NCBI GenBank assembly: GCA_965205265.1
Contig: CBDBGH010000003.1
Span: 1,856,001 to 1,920,000 of the forward strand
DNA from: Alphaproteobacteria bacterium
Lineage (GTDB): Bacteria > Pseudomonadota > Alphaproteobacteria > Bin95
Direction of reading: 5' to 3'
Length of the DNA stretch: 64,000 nt
Part shown: positions 49,556-59,557 of the stretch, one piece after another
Numbering within the stretch: the stretch's first letter is position 1
How the letters are laid out: each line of letters starts with the position of its first letter
Notes under the pieces: generated by a model
Databases searched by the model: none
Seen by the model: only the letters and a program-made list of their open reading frames with translations
Told to the model about the DNA's origin: nothing
Translations under genes and position numbers: made by a program

Positions 49556-50439
49556 CCGCCTCCGGCGCCGGGACAGTCTTGGTAGAAGTCGTTCCGACGG
49601 GCTTTGCGCTCGGCGCAGAAATACGCGGCATCGACGCCCGCGAGCCAGTGCCGGCGGAGACGGCCGAGACGCTGCGGGAGGCGTGGAAACAGCATCTGGT
49701 GCTGCTTTTCCGGGGCCAGGAGGGCCTGACGGACGAGCAGCTGATCGCCTTCACGCGGGTCTTCGGGCCGCTACAGGCAGCGCCCAACAGCGATGTGACA
49801 GCGGGCTTCGGGTCGTTCGCGGACGTGCCTCCGGAAGTGACGATCATCTCCAATATCGAGGTGGACGGCCGGCCCATCGGCGCGCTCGGTGCTGGCGAGG
49901 CGGACTGGCACACGGACATGTCGTTCATCGAGGAGCCGCCGGCCGGCTCCTGCCTCTACGCCATCGAGGTACCGCCTTCCGGAGGCAATACCGCGTTCAC
50001 CAACATGCACCGCGCGCTCGACACGCTCGACGAGGAAACGACGGCCGCGGTGAAGAATGCCCGGTGCGTGCACGACCTGTCGCTGACCTCGACCGGCTCA
50101 CGACGGCAGGGCATCCCGGAAGTCGCCGATGTGCGCGAGACGCCGGGCGCACGCCACCCCGTTCTGCGCACCCACCCCGATACGGGGCGCAAGGCGCTCT
50201 TCCTCGGACGGCGGCGCAATGCCTGGCTCGTCGGCTTCGAGATCAGGGAAAGCGAACGCCTGCTCGACCGCCTCTGGTCTCACGCGGCAGATGAGGCCCA
50301 TGTCTGGGAGCACCGCTGGCGCGAGGGCGATATCGTGCTCTGGGACAACCGCGCCGTCATGCACAGGCGGGACCCCTTCGATCCGGCGACTCGCCGCCTG
50401 ATGCACCGAACCCAGGTCAAGGGCGGGCGGCCTTTCTGA
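49552..50439 (+). CDS. TauD/TfdA family dioxygenase
   Basis: LGAEIRGID, WHTD, GGNT, WDNRAVMHRR. Confidence 0.9.
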   Translation: MTASGAGTVLVEVVPTGFALGAEIRGIDAREPVPAETAETLREAWKQHLVLLFRGQEGLTDEQLIAFTRVFGPLQAAPNSDVTAGFGSFADVPPEVTIISNIEVDGRPIGALGAGEADWHTDMSFIEEPPAGSCLYAIEVPPSGGNTAFTNMHRALDTLDEETTAAVKNARCVHDLSLTSTGSRRQGIPEVADVRETPGARHPVLRTHPDTGRKALFLGRRRNAWLVGFEIRESERLLDRLWSHAADEAHVWEHRWREGDIVLWDNRAVMHRRDPFDPATRRLMHRTQVKGGRPF

Positions 50440-50551
50440 CGACGTTTGCGTCCGCCGAAGCCGGGTCCGGGGCGGCTATTGCAACGCCGGTCGGAGAAAC
50501 CGGCCCTCCCCTCCTTGCGCATAGGCGGCGGCGCGCCTAAGAGGGGCCGCC

Positions 50552-51469
50552 ATGCAGATCTATCTGCCGGTTGCCGAACTTTCCGTCGATGTCTTCCTGT
50601 TGCTGGGGATGGGCGCCGGAGTGGGCGTGTTGTCCGGCCTGTTCGGCGTCGGCGGCGGCTTCCTGATGACGCCGCTCCTGATCTTCATCGGCATACCGCC
50701 CCCGGTTGCAGTCGCGAGCGAGGCGAATCAGCTCGTCGCGACCTCGGTTTCGGGCGTGCTCGCCCATTGGCGGCGCGGCGCGGTGGACTTCAAGATGGGG
50801 TTGGTGCTGCTGGCGGGCGGCGTGCTGGGCTCGGCAGGCGGCGTGTGGCTGTTCAAGCTGCTGCGCGGCCTCGGCCAGATCGATCTGGCGATCTCGCTTT
50901 GCTACGTCGTGTTCTTGGGAATCGTGGGCTCGCTGATGATGGCGGAGAGCCTCCGCGCCCTCCTGCGCCAGCGGAAGGGTGTGGCGCGGCGCGGCAAGCT
51001 GCACCGGCATATCTGGATCCACGGCCTGCCGCTGAAGATGCGGTTCCAGAAGTCGCGCCTCTATATCAGCGCCGTGCTGCCCTTCCTGATCGGCCTGCTG
51101 GTCGGCCTGCTGGCCGCCATCATGGGCGTGGGCGGCGGCTTCATCATGGTGCCGGCGATGATCTACCTGCTCGGGATGCCGACTTCCATGGTTGCAGGAA
51201 CCTCGTTGTTCCAGATTCTGTTTGTCGTCTCGACTGTCACCCTGCTCCAGTCGGCCGCCAACCAGACCGTGGACGTGATTCTGGCGCTCCTGCTGCTGGC
51301 GGGTTCGGTAGTGGGCGTTCAGGTGGGCACCCGTCTCGGCGCAAGGCTGCCGAGCGAGCAGTTCCGCGTGCTCCTGGCCGCGCTCGTGCTCGCCGTTGGC
51401 CTCAAGCTGCTTTTCGATCTGGTGACCGCGCCCGACGACCTGTTCTCGCTTCAACCGGGCCTGCTCTGA
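50552..51469 (+). CDS. TauE/SafE family sulfite exporter-like membrane protein
   Basis: MQIYLP, GLFGVGGGF and repeated GVGGGFIMVP. Confidence 0.9.
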   Translation: MQIYLPVAELSVDVFLLLGMGAGVGVLSGLFGVGGGFLMTPLLIFIGIPPPVAVASEANQLVATSVSGVLAHWRRGAVDFKMGLVLLAGGVLGSAGGVWLFKLLRGLGQIDLAISLCYVVFLGIVGSLMMAESLRALLRQRKGVARRGKLHRHIWIHGLPLKMRFQKSRLYISAVLPFLIGLLVGLLAAIMGVGGGFIMVPAMIYLLGMPTSMVAGTSLFQILFVVSTVTLLQSAANQTVDVILALLLLAGSVVGVQVGTRLGARLPSEQFRVLLAALVLAVGLKLLFDLVTAPDDLFSLQPGLL

Positions 51470-52215
51470 TGCGCTTGCTGGCCACGATATGTCTTCTCGC
51501 TGCGGCGGCGCCCGCATCGGCGGCTCAGTTCGTGGTCGATGTATCCGAACGGACCGTCGCCATTACGGCCGGCTTCACCGGGGCCGAACTCGTGGTTTTC
51601 GGAACCGCGGCGGAAGCGCAGAGGTCGGTCGGGGAAGAACACGGCGTGATCGTGGTGATTCGAGGGCCGGAACAGCCGACGGTGGTTCGCCGCAAGGAGC
51701 GCCAGTTCGGCATCTGGGCCAATCATGGCGGCGTGGCCTTTCCGGAAGCGCCGGCCTTCGTCTGGGTCGCCGCGAGCGAAGCCTTCGCCGACCGGCCGCT
51801 CGCGGAGGTTCTGACCAGATACAGGATCGGCCAGGACTTCCTCGCCCCCACGCCGGCCGGCAAGGATATCGAAGCTCTGGGCGCATTCCAGGCGGCGCTC
51901 GTGCGGCGCAAGCAGGTGAACGGGCTGTACTCGGCGGAGTTCGGCCGCGTCGAGTTTCTGGGGGAACACCTGTTCCGCACGCGCGTCGTCTTTCCCGCCA
52001 ATGTTCCCGTCGGCAGCTACCGGATCGAGGTGTTCGAACTGCGGGGCCCCAATGTGGTGAACGTCACCGCGAGCGCACTCCATGTCCGGAAAGCCGGGCT
52101 CGAGGCGGCGGTTTTCCGCTTCGCGCACGACTTTCCCATCCTGCACGGCCTCGTTGCCATCGTCTTGGCCCTGGTGGCAGGATGGCTCGCTGGCGCCGTC
52201 GCGCGGAGAACCTGA
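51469..52215 (+). CDS. TIGR02186-family protein
   Basis: GFTGAELVVFG, VRRKERQFGIWAN, LFR, PANVP; typical partner of the upstream TauE. Confidence 0.85.
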   Translation: MRLLATICLLAAAAPASAAQFVVDVSERTVAITAGFTGAELVVFGTAAEAQRSVGEEHGVIVVIRGPEQPTVVRRKERQFGIWANHGGVAFPEAPAFVWVAASEAFADRPLAEVLTRYRIGQDFLAPTPAGKDIEALGAFQAALVRRKQVNGLYSAEFGRVEFLGEHLFRTRVVFPANVPVGSYRIEVFELRGPNVVNVTASALHVRKAGLEAAVFRFAHDFPILHGLVAIVLALVAGWLAGAVARRT

Positions 52216-52219
52216 CCCC

Positions 52220-52705
52220 TTGACCGAGCTTCCTTCCCCCTCGACGCGGACCTTGCTCTGCGTGGTCGATGAGAGCGATGAACTGCCCGTGGCGTTGACC
52301 TTCGCCGCTCTCAGGTCCCGGCGCACGGGCAGCCATGTCGGGTTGTTGTACGTCATCGACACGCCGGCAGACTTTCAGCACTGGTCCGCCGTCGGCGAGT
52401 TGATGCGCGAGGAAGCGCGCGAACATGCCGAGACGGTCATTCTGCAAGCGGCGGCGCGGGTCCAGCGCCTGTCGGGCCGGGTGCCCTCGCTGGCGATCCG
52501 CGAAGGCGACAAGGTGGACGAGACGATACAGGCCTGCGAGGACGATCCGTCGGTGGCCTTCCTGATCCTGGCCTCCGACACGGGCCCCAAGGGGCCGGGC
52601 CCGCTGATCTCCTCGCTGACGGGCAAATCAGTCGGCCGCTTGCAGGTGCCGGTGGTCATCCTGCCGGGCAATCTCTCCGAAGAAGAAATTACCCGTTTTG
52701 CCTGA
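52220..52705 (+). CDS. Universal stress protein
   Basis: LLCVVDES, IREG, GPGPLIS, VPVVILPG. Confidence 0.87.
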   Translation: MTELPSPSTRTLLCVVDESDELPVALTFAALRSRRTGSHVGLLYVIDTPADFQHWSAVGELMREEAREHAETVILQAAARVQRLSGRVPSLAIREGDKVDETIQACEDDPSVAFLILASDTGPKGPGPLISSLTGKSVGRLQVPVVILPGNLSEEEITRFA

Positions 52706-52897
52706 AGGAGACGGCGCTTCCATGCGGCTCGAAGACCTTGTCCAGGGCTCCGACCCGTATGCCTCACCGTGGTCGCAGCCCGCGTCGTGCCTGCCTTGAC
52801 AACCGGGCCGGCAACTTGCTTGTATCCATCTTTGGGGGCAGACGGAATTTCGTTGCTCGGGGCGTTGAACGGAACAGGCTGAAATCGGGGCAATCGC

Positions 52898-53683
52898 GTG
52901 TTCACCACTAATCCCTTCGCTGTGCTTTCGGCATCCGTGCCGTCCGCCGTCATGCAGACATACGTGGTCATCATGATCCTGCTGGTCGTGGGTGGCACGC
53001 TGTTCGACATCTGGCACAAGGGAAGCGCCGCCTATTTCTTCCAGAGTTGGCGGAAATCGCGGGACACGGGAACGCGCCGCATCGGCGGCGGAGAAATGTC
53101 GGCGCTCGCGGTCCGGACCGCCCTGTTGGAGGGCCTGACATCCGCCGAATTCGGCCCAGGGCGCCGCCGGGTCGCCCACCTGCTGACGATGTACGGGTTC
53201 CTGGCATACGTCATCACCACCGTCATCATGGTGTTCTGGTATCCGACACCCGCCGCGGAGACGCCCGCTATCCTGCCCCTGCTCTGGGTCGTCGGGGCCC
53301 TGCTGGTTTGCGTGGGCGGCTACTGGTTCTGGTTCTTCATCCGGGTCGATGTGGCGGCCGAGGGCCACACACCGCTCCGGGCGATGCGCGCCGACCTGTT
53401 CATCCTCTCGCTCCTCGCCAGCACAACGCTCGGGCTGATCTGGGCCGGTTTGCAGGCGGCGGAGAGTTCGTGGACGACAGTGTTTCTGGGCCTCTACCTC
53501 ATCGCCACGACGGTGCTGTTCGGGTCCGTTCCGTGGTCCAAGTTCTCGCACATGTTCTACAAGCCCGCGGCGGCGCTGGAGAAACGAGTGGGCGAAGCGA
53601 CCGGGACGAGGCGCAACCTGCCGGCCCCCGCCGACAAGCCGGAAATGTTCGGCAGCGCGCGCGAAAGGCCCCGCCACTACTGA
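52898..53683 (+). CDS. aprM: APS reductase membrane anchor AprM
   Basis: Multi-TM protein, HKGSA, RRVAHLLTMYG, WSKFSHMFYKP; directly upstream of aprB. Confidence 0.85.
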   Translation: MFTTNPFAVLSASVPSAVMQTYVVIMILLVVGGTLFDIWHKGSAAYFFQSWRKSRDTGTRRIGGGEMSALAVRTALLEGLTSAEFGPGRRRVAHLLTMYGFLAYVITTVIMVFWYPTPAAETPAILPLLWVVGALLVCVGGYWFWFFIRVDVAAEGHTPLRAMRADLFILSLLASTTLGLIWAGLQAAESSWTTVFLGLYLIATTVLFGSVPWSKFSHMFYKPAAALEKRVGEATGTRRNLPAPADKPEMFGSARERPRHY

Positions 53684-53725
53684 TCGGCCCATATCGGTCG
53701 TTGACGGAGGAGATAACGGAATCCG

Positions 53726-54187
53726 ATGCCGACATTCGTTTATATGACCAGTTGCGACGGCTGCGGATATTGCGTGGATATCTGCCCGTCCGACATCATG
53801 CACATCGATAGCACCACCCGGCGCGCCTACAACATCGAGCCCAACATGTGCTGGGAGTGCTACTCCTGCGTGAAGGCATGTCCGCAGAATGCCATCGACG
53901 CCCGCGGCTATGCCGACTTCGCCCCCCTGGGTCACAGCGTCCGGGTGCTGAGGGAAGAGGCCAAGGGCTCCATTTCCTGGAAGATCAAGTTCCGGAACGG
54001 CCAGGAAAAGGATTTCCTTTCCCCGATCCGGACCACGCCATGGGGATCGATCCCGCCGCCGGCCGACTACGAGGCGCCCACCCCCGAAGCAATGAAATCG
54101 CAGCAACTCGCGCACGAGCCTGACGCGCTCCACATCGAGGCGCTGCCCACCTTGACGCCGGACCGAACCAGTGAGGGAGGCCACTAG
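53726..54187 (+). CDS. aprB: Adenylylsulfate reductase beta subunit
   Basis: MPTFV, CDGCGYCVDICP, CWECYSCVKACP, RGYADF. Confidence 0.96.
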   Translation: MPTFVYMTSCDGCGYCVDICPSDIMHIDSTTRRAYNIEPNMCWECYSCVKACPQNAIDARGYADFAPLGHSVRVLREEAKGSISWKIKFRNGQEKDFLSPIRTTPWGSIPPPADYEAPTPEAMKSQQLAHEPDALHIEALPTLTPDRTSEGGH

Positions 54188-56031
54188 TGAGTTTGTTCGC
54201 CCGCCGCAAGACGGTTTTCGTGGACGCGGATATCCTGGTCATCGGCGGCGGCATGGCCGGCTGCGGGGCTACCTATGAAGCCGGCTATTGGGGACGCGAC
54301 CTCAAGGTGGTCTGCGTCGAGAAAGCCAACATCGAGCGCAGCGGCGCCGTCGCCCAGGGCCTGTATGCGATCAACTGCTACATGGGCATGCAGTGGAACG
54401 AGAACCAGCCCGAGGACCATGTCCGCTACGCCCGGAACGACCTCATGGGTCTGGTGCGCGAGGACCTCGGCTTCGACATCGCCCGGCATGTCGACTCCAC
54501 GGTGCACAAGTTCGAGGAGTGGGGCCTTCCCATAATGAAGGACCCGGAAACCGGACGGTATCTGCGCGAAGGCAAATGGCAGATCATGATCCACGGCGAG
54601 AGCTACAAGCCGATCGTCGCGGAGGCCGCCCGCAAGGCTGCCACCGAAGTCTACAACAGGATCATGGTGACACACCTGCTGACGGACACCGCGAATCCCA
54701 ACCGCGTCGCCGGCGCCGTCGGGTTCAATGTCCGCAGCGGGGATTTCTACGTCTTCCGCGCAAAGGCCGTCATCGTGTCCGCCGGCGGCGCGTCGCACAT
54801 CTTCAAGCCCCGGGCGGTAGGCGAAGGCATGGGGCGGACCTGGTACGCCCCCTGGAGCAGCGCCTCAGCCTATGCGCTGCCGATTCTCGTCGGCGCCAAG
54901 ATGACCCAGATGGAGAACCGGGTTGTCCTCACCCGTTTCAAGGACGGCTACGGCCCGGTCGGCGCCTATTTCCTCCACCTCAAGACGTACACCGAGAACG
55001 CCTATGGGGAGGAGTACGAGTCCAGATGGTACGATCACACCAAGGAGCTGGTCGGGGACTATATCGACCGCCATCCGGTGCCCACCTGCCTGCGCAATCA
55101 CGCCTTCCTGGAGGAGGTCAAGGCCGGCGGCGGCCCCATCCGCATGGTGACGAAGGAGGCCTTCGCCGACCCCCATCTGGAGCAGGTCGGCTGGGAGAAC
55201 TTCCTCGGCATGACCATCGGGCAGGCGGTCGTCTGGGCGTCCCAGAACATCGATCCCAAGCACACCAATCCGGAGCTGACCACCTCTGAGCCCTATGTCA
55301 TGGGCTCGCATGCCACCTGCTCGGGCGCCTGGGCGAGCGGACCGGAAGACTGCGCGCCGGCGGACTACCAGTGGGGATACAACCGGATGATGACCGTCGA
55401 GGGGCTGTTCGGCGCCGGCGACACCATCGGCGGCACCGCCCATAAATTCTCTTCGGGGTCCTTTACGGAAGGCCGCATCGCCGGAAAGGCGGCGGTCAAC
55501 TATGTCAACGACATGAAAGGCGACCGGCCGCAGGTGAGCGAGCGGGAATACGAAGACCTCAAGCGGGTCGTCTTCCAGCCGCTGGAAACCTACCGGGTCG
55601 GCCGCAACGAGATCGTCGCGGGCAGCGTCTCGCCGAGCTACCTCCTGCCGATCCACGGCCTCCAGCGCCTCGAGAAGATCATGGACGACTATGTCGGCGG
55701 CATCAGCTCGAACTACCTGACCAATGAACCCATGCTCACCCGCGGGCTGGAGCTGCTGGGCATGCTGAAGGAAGACCTCGGCAGTATCGGGGCCGAAGAC
55801 CTCCACCAGCTCCAGCGGACATGGGAGCTTCACCACCGGGTGCTCGCTTCGGAATCGGTGACGCACCACACCATGTTCAGGACCGAGACGCGGTGGCCGG
55901 GATATTACTACCGGGCCGACCATCCGAAGCTGGACGACACGGACTGGCACTGCTTCACCCTGTCCCGCTACGATCGGGAATCCGGGGAGTGGACCATGGA
56001 AAAGGCTCCCGTCCACCACATCATCGATTAG
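54187..56031 (+). CDS. aprA: Adenylylsulfate reductase alpha subunit
   Basis: GGGMAGCG, RSGAVAQG, WQIMIHGESYK, HKFSSGS, ETRWPGYYYR. Confidence 0.96.
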   Translation: MSLFARRKTVFVDADILVIGGGMAGCGATYEAGYWGRDLKVVCVEKANIERSGAVAQGLYAINCYMGMQWNENQPEDHVRYARNDLMGLVREDLGFDIARHVDSTVHKFEEWGLPIMKDPETGRYLREGKWQIMIHGESYKPIVAEAARKAATEVYNRIMVTHLLTDTANPNRVAGAVGFNVRSGDFYVFRAKAVIVSAGGASHIFKPRAVGEGMGRTWYAPWSSASAYALPILVGAKMTQMENRVVLTRFKDGYGPVGAYFLHLKTYTENAYGEEYESRWYDHTKELVGDYIDRHPVPTCLRNHAFLEEVKAGGGPIRMVTKEAFADPHLEQVGWENFLGMTIGQAVVWASQNIDPKHTNPELTTSEPYVMGSHATCSGAWASGPEDCAPADYQWGYNRMMTVEGLFGAGDTIGGTAHKFSSGSFTEGRIAGKAAVNYVNDMKGDRPQVSEREYEDLKRVVFQPLETYRVGRNEIVAGSVSPSYLLPIHGLQRLEKIMDDYVGGISSNYLTNEPMLTRGLELLGMLKEDLGSIGAEDLHQLQRTWELHHRVLASESVTHHTMFRTETRWPGYYYRADHPKLDDTDWHCFTLSRYDRESGEWTMEKAPVHHIID

Positions 56032-56059
56032 CCCCGGCTTCCTGCCCCGGTAACGTCCC

Positions 56060-57316
56060 GTGTCCACGTTGATCGCCCCGCACGGCGCCGCCGCGCTCAA
56101 GCCCCTGCTGCTGACCGGGGAAGAGCGGGCCGAGGGCCTGAAGCGGGCGCGCACCCTGAAACGGCTGCCCTTGTCGAGTCGCGAGGTCTCGGACCTCTTC
56201 ATGCTCGCTATGGGCGCCTACACGCCGCTTGAGGGCTTCATGGGCGCAGCAGACTGGCGCGGCGCGTGCGTCGATATGCGGCTGGAGAACGGGCTCTTCT
56301 GGCCGCTGCCCATCACCCTTTCCTGCGACGGGGACTTCGCCGTCGCCACAGGCGACGAAGTGGCGTTGACGGACGAAGGAGGGGAGATCCTCGGCATCCT
56401 CTCGGTCACCGAGAAATACGCCATCGACAAGACCCTCGAATGCCGTGAGGTCTATCGCTCCGCCGACGAGGCCCACCCGGGCGTCGCCAAGGTGATGGCG
56501 CAGGGCTCCGTCAACCTGGCGGGCCCGGTTTCGGTCTTCTCCGAGGGGCATTTCCCCGAGACCTATCGCGGTCTTTACCTGCGCCCTGCCGAAACCCGGT
56601 CGCTGTTCGCCGAAAAGGGCTGGTCCACGGTCGCCGCCTTCCAGACCCGCAACCCCATGCACCGCAGCCACGAGTTTCTCGCCAAGGTCGCCATCGAGGT
56701 GTGCGACGGGCTGCTCATCCACCAGGTCCTGGGCGCGCTCAAGGAAGGCGACATCCCGGCCGAGGTCCGGGTCCGCGCCATCGACTGGCTGGTCGCCAAC
56801 CACTTTGCGGACGGAAAGGTCGTGCAGGCCGGCTACCCCATCGAGATGCGCTATGCCGGCCCCCGGGAGGCGCTGCTGCATGCGCTGTTCCGCCAGAACT
56901 TCGGCTGCTCGCATCTGGTCGTCGGGCGCGACCATGCCGGTCTCGGGAGCTACTACGGACCGTATGACGCACACCGCATATTCGACGAGATCGGCGACGA
57001 CAGCCTCGCCATCCGGCCGCTGAAGATCGACGACACGTTCCATTGCTTCGACTGCGGCGGCATGGCGACGGGCAATGTGTGCTTCGCTGCCGACGGCGGG
57101 ACGGAACCGCCGGGTGAGGAGGAGCGCTATCGCATGGTGGCGGCGGTGGCGACGGGCAATGCCGCGGGCCGGCCCTGCGCGCAAGGGGACGGCGGCAAGC
57201 TCCGGATCTCGGGCACAAGGCTGCGCGAGATGTTCGCGAGCGGCGAGGCGGTCCCGCCCGAATACAGCCGCGACGGCGTGGTCGCCATCCTCCAGGCCCA
57301 TTACGACGCCGCTTGA
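56060..57316 (+). CDS. sat: Sulfate adenylyltransferase
   Basis: [31 protein letters not shown]. Confidence 0.95.
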   Translation: MSTLIAPHGAAALKPLLLTGEERAEGLKRARTLKRLPLSSREVSDLFMLAMGAYTPLEGFMGAADWRGACVDMRLENGLFWPLPITLSCDGDFAVATGDEVALTDEGGEILGILSVTEKYAIDKTLECREVYRSADEAHPGVAKVMAQGSVNLAGPVSVFSEGHFPETYRGLYLRPAETRSLFAEKGWSTVAAFQTRNPMHRSHEFLAKVAIEVCDGLLIHQVLGALKEGDIPAEVRVRAIDWLVANHFADGKVVQAGYPIEMRYAGPREALLHALFRQNFGCSHLVVGRDHAGLGSYYGPYDAHRIFDEIGDDSLAIRPLKIDDTFHCFDCGGMATGNVCFAADGGTEPPGEEERYRMVAAVATGNAAGRPCAQGDGGKLRISGTRLREMFASGEAVPPEYSRDGVVAILQAHYDAA

Positions 57317-57372
57317 TTTCGCGGCGGTTCCGGTCCATCTAGGCTGGCATATTGGGCCGGAGGACGCAGCCG

Positions 57373-57924
57373 ATGTTCATTCAGACCGAACAGACCCCCA
57401 ATCCTGCAACGCTGAAGTTCATTCCTGGCGTGCAGGTGATGGCGCGCGGCACGGCCGACTTCCCCTCGCCGGAAGGCTCCGAGCGCTCGCCGCTTGCCCA
57501 GGCGCTGTTCGACGTGGCCGGCGTGAGGGCGGTGTTTTTCGGCAGCGACTTCGTGACCGTCAGCAAGGACGATGCGCGCGACTGGCAAACGCTGAAGCCG
57601 ATGATCCTCGGCGCGATCATGGACCACTTCATGGCCGGCCGCCCCGTCATTCTGGCCGGAGACGAGAGCGAGGCCGATGACGGCGCGGAAGACAGCGAGG
57701 TCGTCTCCCAGATCAAGGAGCTGCTGGAGACGAGGGTTCGCCCGGCGGTGGCGCAGGACGGCGGCGACATCGTCTTCCGCGCCTTCGAGGACGGCGTGGT
57801 CTATCTGAGCATGCAGGGCGCCTGCGCCGGCTGCCCGAGCTCGACGGCAACGCTCAAGATGGGCGTCGAGAACATGCTCCGCCACTACATCCCGGAAGTG
57901 GAAGCGGTTTACCCGGTCCCCTGA
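57373..57924 (+). CDS. NifU/NfuA-type Fe-S carrier
   Basis: MFIQTEQTPNP, RVRPAVAQDGGD, GACAGCPSS. Confidence 0.93.
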   Translation: MFIQTEQTPNPATLKFIPGVQVMARGTADFPSPEGSERSPLAQALFDVAGVRAVFFGSDFVTVSKDDARDWQTLKPMILGAIMDHFMAGRPVILAGDESEADDGAEDSEVVSQIKELLETRVRPAVAQDGGDIVFRAFEDGVVYLSMQGACAGCPSSTATLKMGVENMLRHYIPEVEAVYPVP

Positions 57925-57969
57925 GGACGCCCGGGGCGGGGACTCCCGCCGGGCCTCCCTCGGCATCTC

Positions 57970-58575
57970 ATGGTCGAACTCGCGCTCGATTGCGCGTCCG
58001 ATGCCTGCTCCGTCGCCGTCGCGCGCAGCGGAAAGGCGATTGCGAGCCATTGGCGGCCCATGGCGCGCGGCCATGCGGAGGCGGCTCCGGTCATGGTGGA
58101 GCGCGCCATGGCGGACGCAGGTGCAGCCTTTTCAGAGCTTTCGCGAATAGTCGTCACACGGGGCCCCGGCTCCTTTACCGGCATCCGCATAGCGCTGGCG
58201 GCGGCGCGCGGCCTGGCGCTCGTCACCGGAGCGGACATTGTGGCCGTGCCGACCTTCGAGGCGCTGCGGCCGGCGGAGCCGCCCGAAGGCCGCCTGTTCG
58301 CCGTGCTCGATACCAAACGCGGCAGCCTTTACGCCGCTGAACTTTCCGGCGCCGCCGAGCCGTTTGTCACGACGGCCGAGGAGCTGGCCGCCGAAGCGCC
58401 GTTCTCCGTCACCGGCGATGCGGCGGCCGCGCTCGCGGCGCTGGCGCCGGGCGCGGTCCGGGCGCTCGCGCCCGCATTGCCGGACGCCGCCCGGCTTCTC
58501 GGCAGGACATTGCCGGCCGGTCCCGTCTCGCCGCTCTACCTCACCCCGCCGCATACGGGGCCCGTCGCGCAGTGA
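57970..58575 (+). CDS. tsaB: tRNA threonylcarbamoyladenosine biosynthesis protein TsaB
   Basis: LALD, GHAE, GPGSFTGIRI, PLYL. Confidence 0.9.
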   Translation: MVELALDCASDACSVAVARSGKAIASHWRPMARGHAEAAPVMVERAMADAGAAFSELSRIVVTRGPGSFTGIRIALAAARGLALVTGADIVAVPTFEALRPAEPPEGRLFAVLDTKRGSLYAAELSGAAEPFVTTAEELAAEAPFSVTGDAAAALAALAPGAVRALAPALPDAARLLGRTLPAGPVSPLYLTPPHTGPVAQ

Positions 58576-59015
58576 TCGCGGCCGACCCCTCCCACGCCGA
58601 AGTCATCGCGGCCATCCACCGCGCGGCCATGCCGGAGTCCGCGTGGTCGGCGGACGCCTGGCGCAGCCTGCTCGCCGCACCCGGCGCGCGCGCCCGCATC
58701 GCCATGGACGGAACGGCGCCGGCCGGCTTCCTGCATCTGCGCTGCGCCGGCGACGAGGCGGAAGTGGTGATGATCGCGACCCATCCCTCCGCGCAGCGTC
58801 GGGGCATTGCGATGGCGCTGCTCGAAGACGCCGCCGCATCTCTGGGCGGTCGAACGCTGTTTCTGGAAGTGGCGGAAAGCAACGGCGCCGCACGCGCGCT
58901 CTATGCCCGCTCCGGGTTCGAGCCGGTCGGACGTATGCGGTGCGAGCGCCCCACCTTCATACAGGCCTGGTGATGTGGGAGTTAGGGTTCGGAATGAGAC
59001 GAAGGGAATTTCTCA

Positions 59016-59414
59016 TTGGAGCCCTCAGCAGAGCTTCTCACCAACGCCAGGGTTGAAGTGTTGCCGGCGCGTGGCGGCTTTCGCCGTCGCTGGCCGGCTT
59101 CGGTGAAAGCGCGGATTGTTGCCGAGACACTGGAGGAAGGCGCGACGGTCGCCGGGGTAGCGCGTCGCTACGAGATCAACTCGAACCAGCTGTCGGAATG
59201 GCGCCGCCAGGCACGGAAGGGCCTTCTGGTGTTGCCTGCGGAGGGCGAGATGGGTTTTGCTCCGGTGGTCTTGCGTCAGGATGAGCGCCGGGTTCCCGCT
59301 GCGGGCAGCGACCGCCTGGAAGTGATCCAGGACCGGGTGACGCTCCGTCTGGACGCCGCGACACCGGCTTGCCGGATCGCCGAGATCGTGTCGGCGTTGA
59401 ACGCATCGGTATGA
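59016..59414 (+). CDS. IS66 TnpA (HTH)
   Basis: RRRWPASVKARIVAET, VARRYEI, WRR. Confidence 0.88.
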   Translation: MEPSAELLTNARVEVLPARGGFRRRWPASVKARIVAETLEEGATVAGVARRYEINSNQLSEWRRQARKGLLVLPAEGEMGFAPVVLRQDERRVPAAGSDRLEVIQDRVTLRLDAATPACRIAEIVSALNASV

Positions 59415-59557
59415 TCTTCCCATCGAACCGGGTCCGGATCGTGGTTGCGACGAAGCCCGTGGACTTCAGGAAGCAGCACGACGGCCTTGTTGCGCATGTG
59501 AAGAGCGTATTGCGCAAGGACCCGTTCACGGGAACGGTCTCGAGAACGAAGTTCTGA
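59411..59557 (+). pseudogene. IS66 TnpB, truncated to 48 aa
   Basis: VATKPVDFRKQHDGL...DPFTGTV followed by an abrupt stop. Confidence 0.85.
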
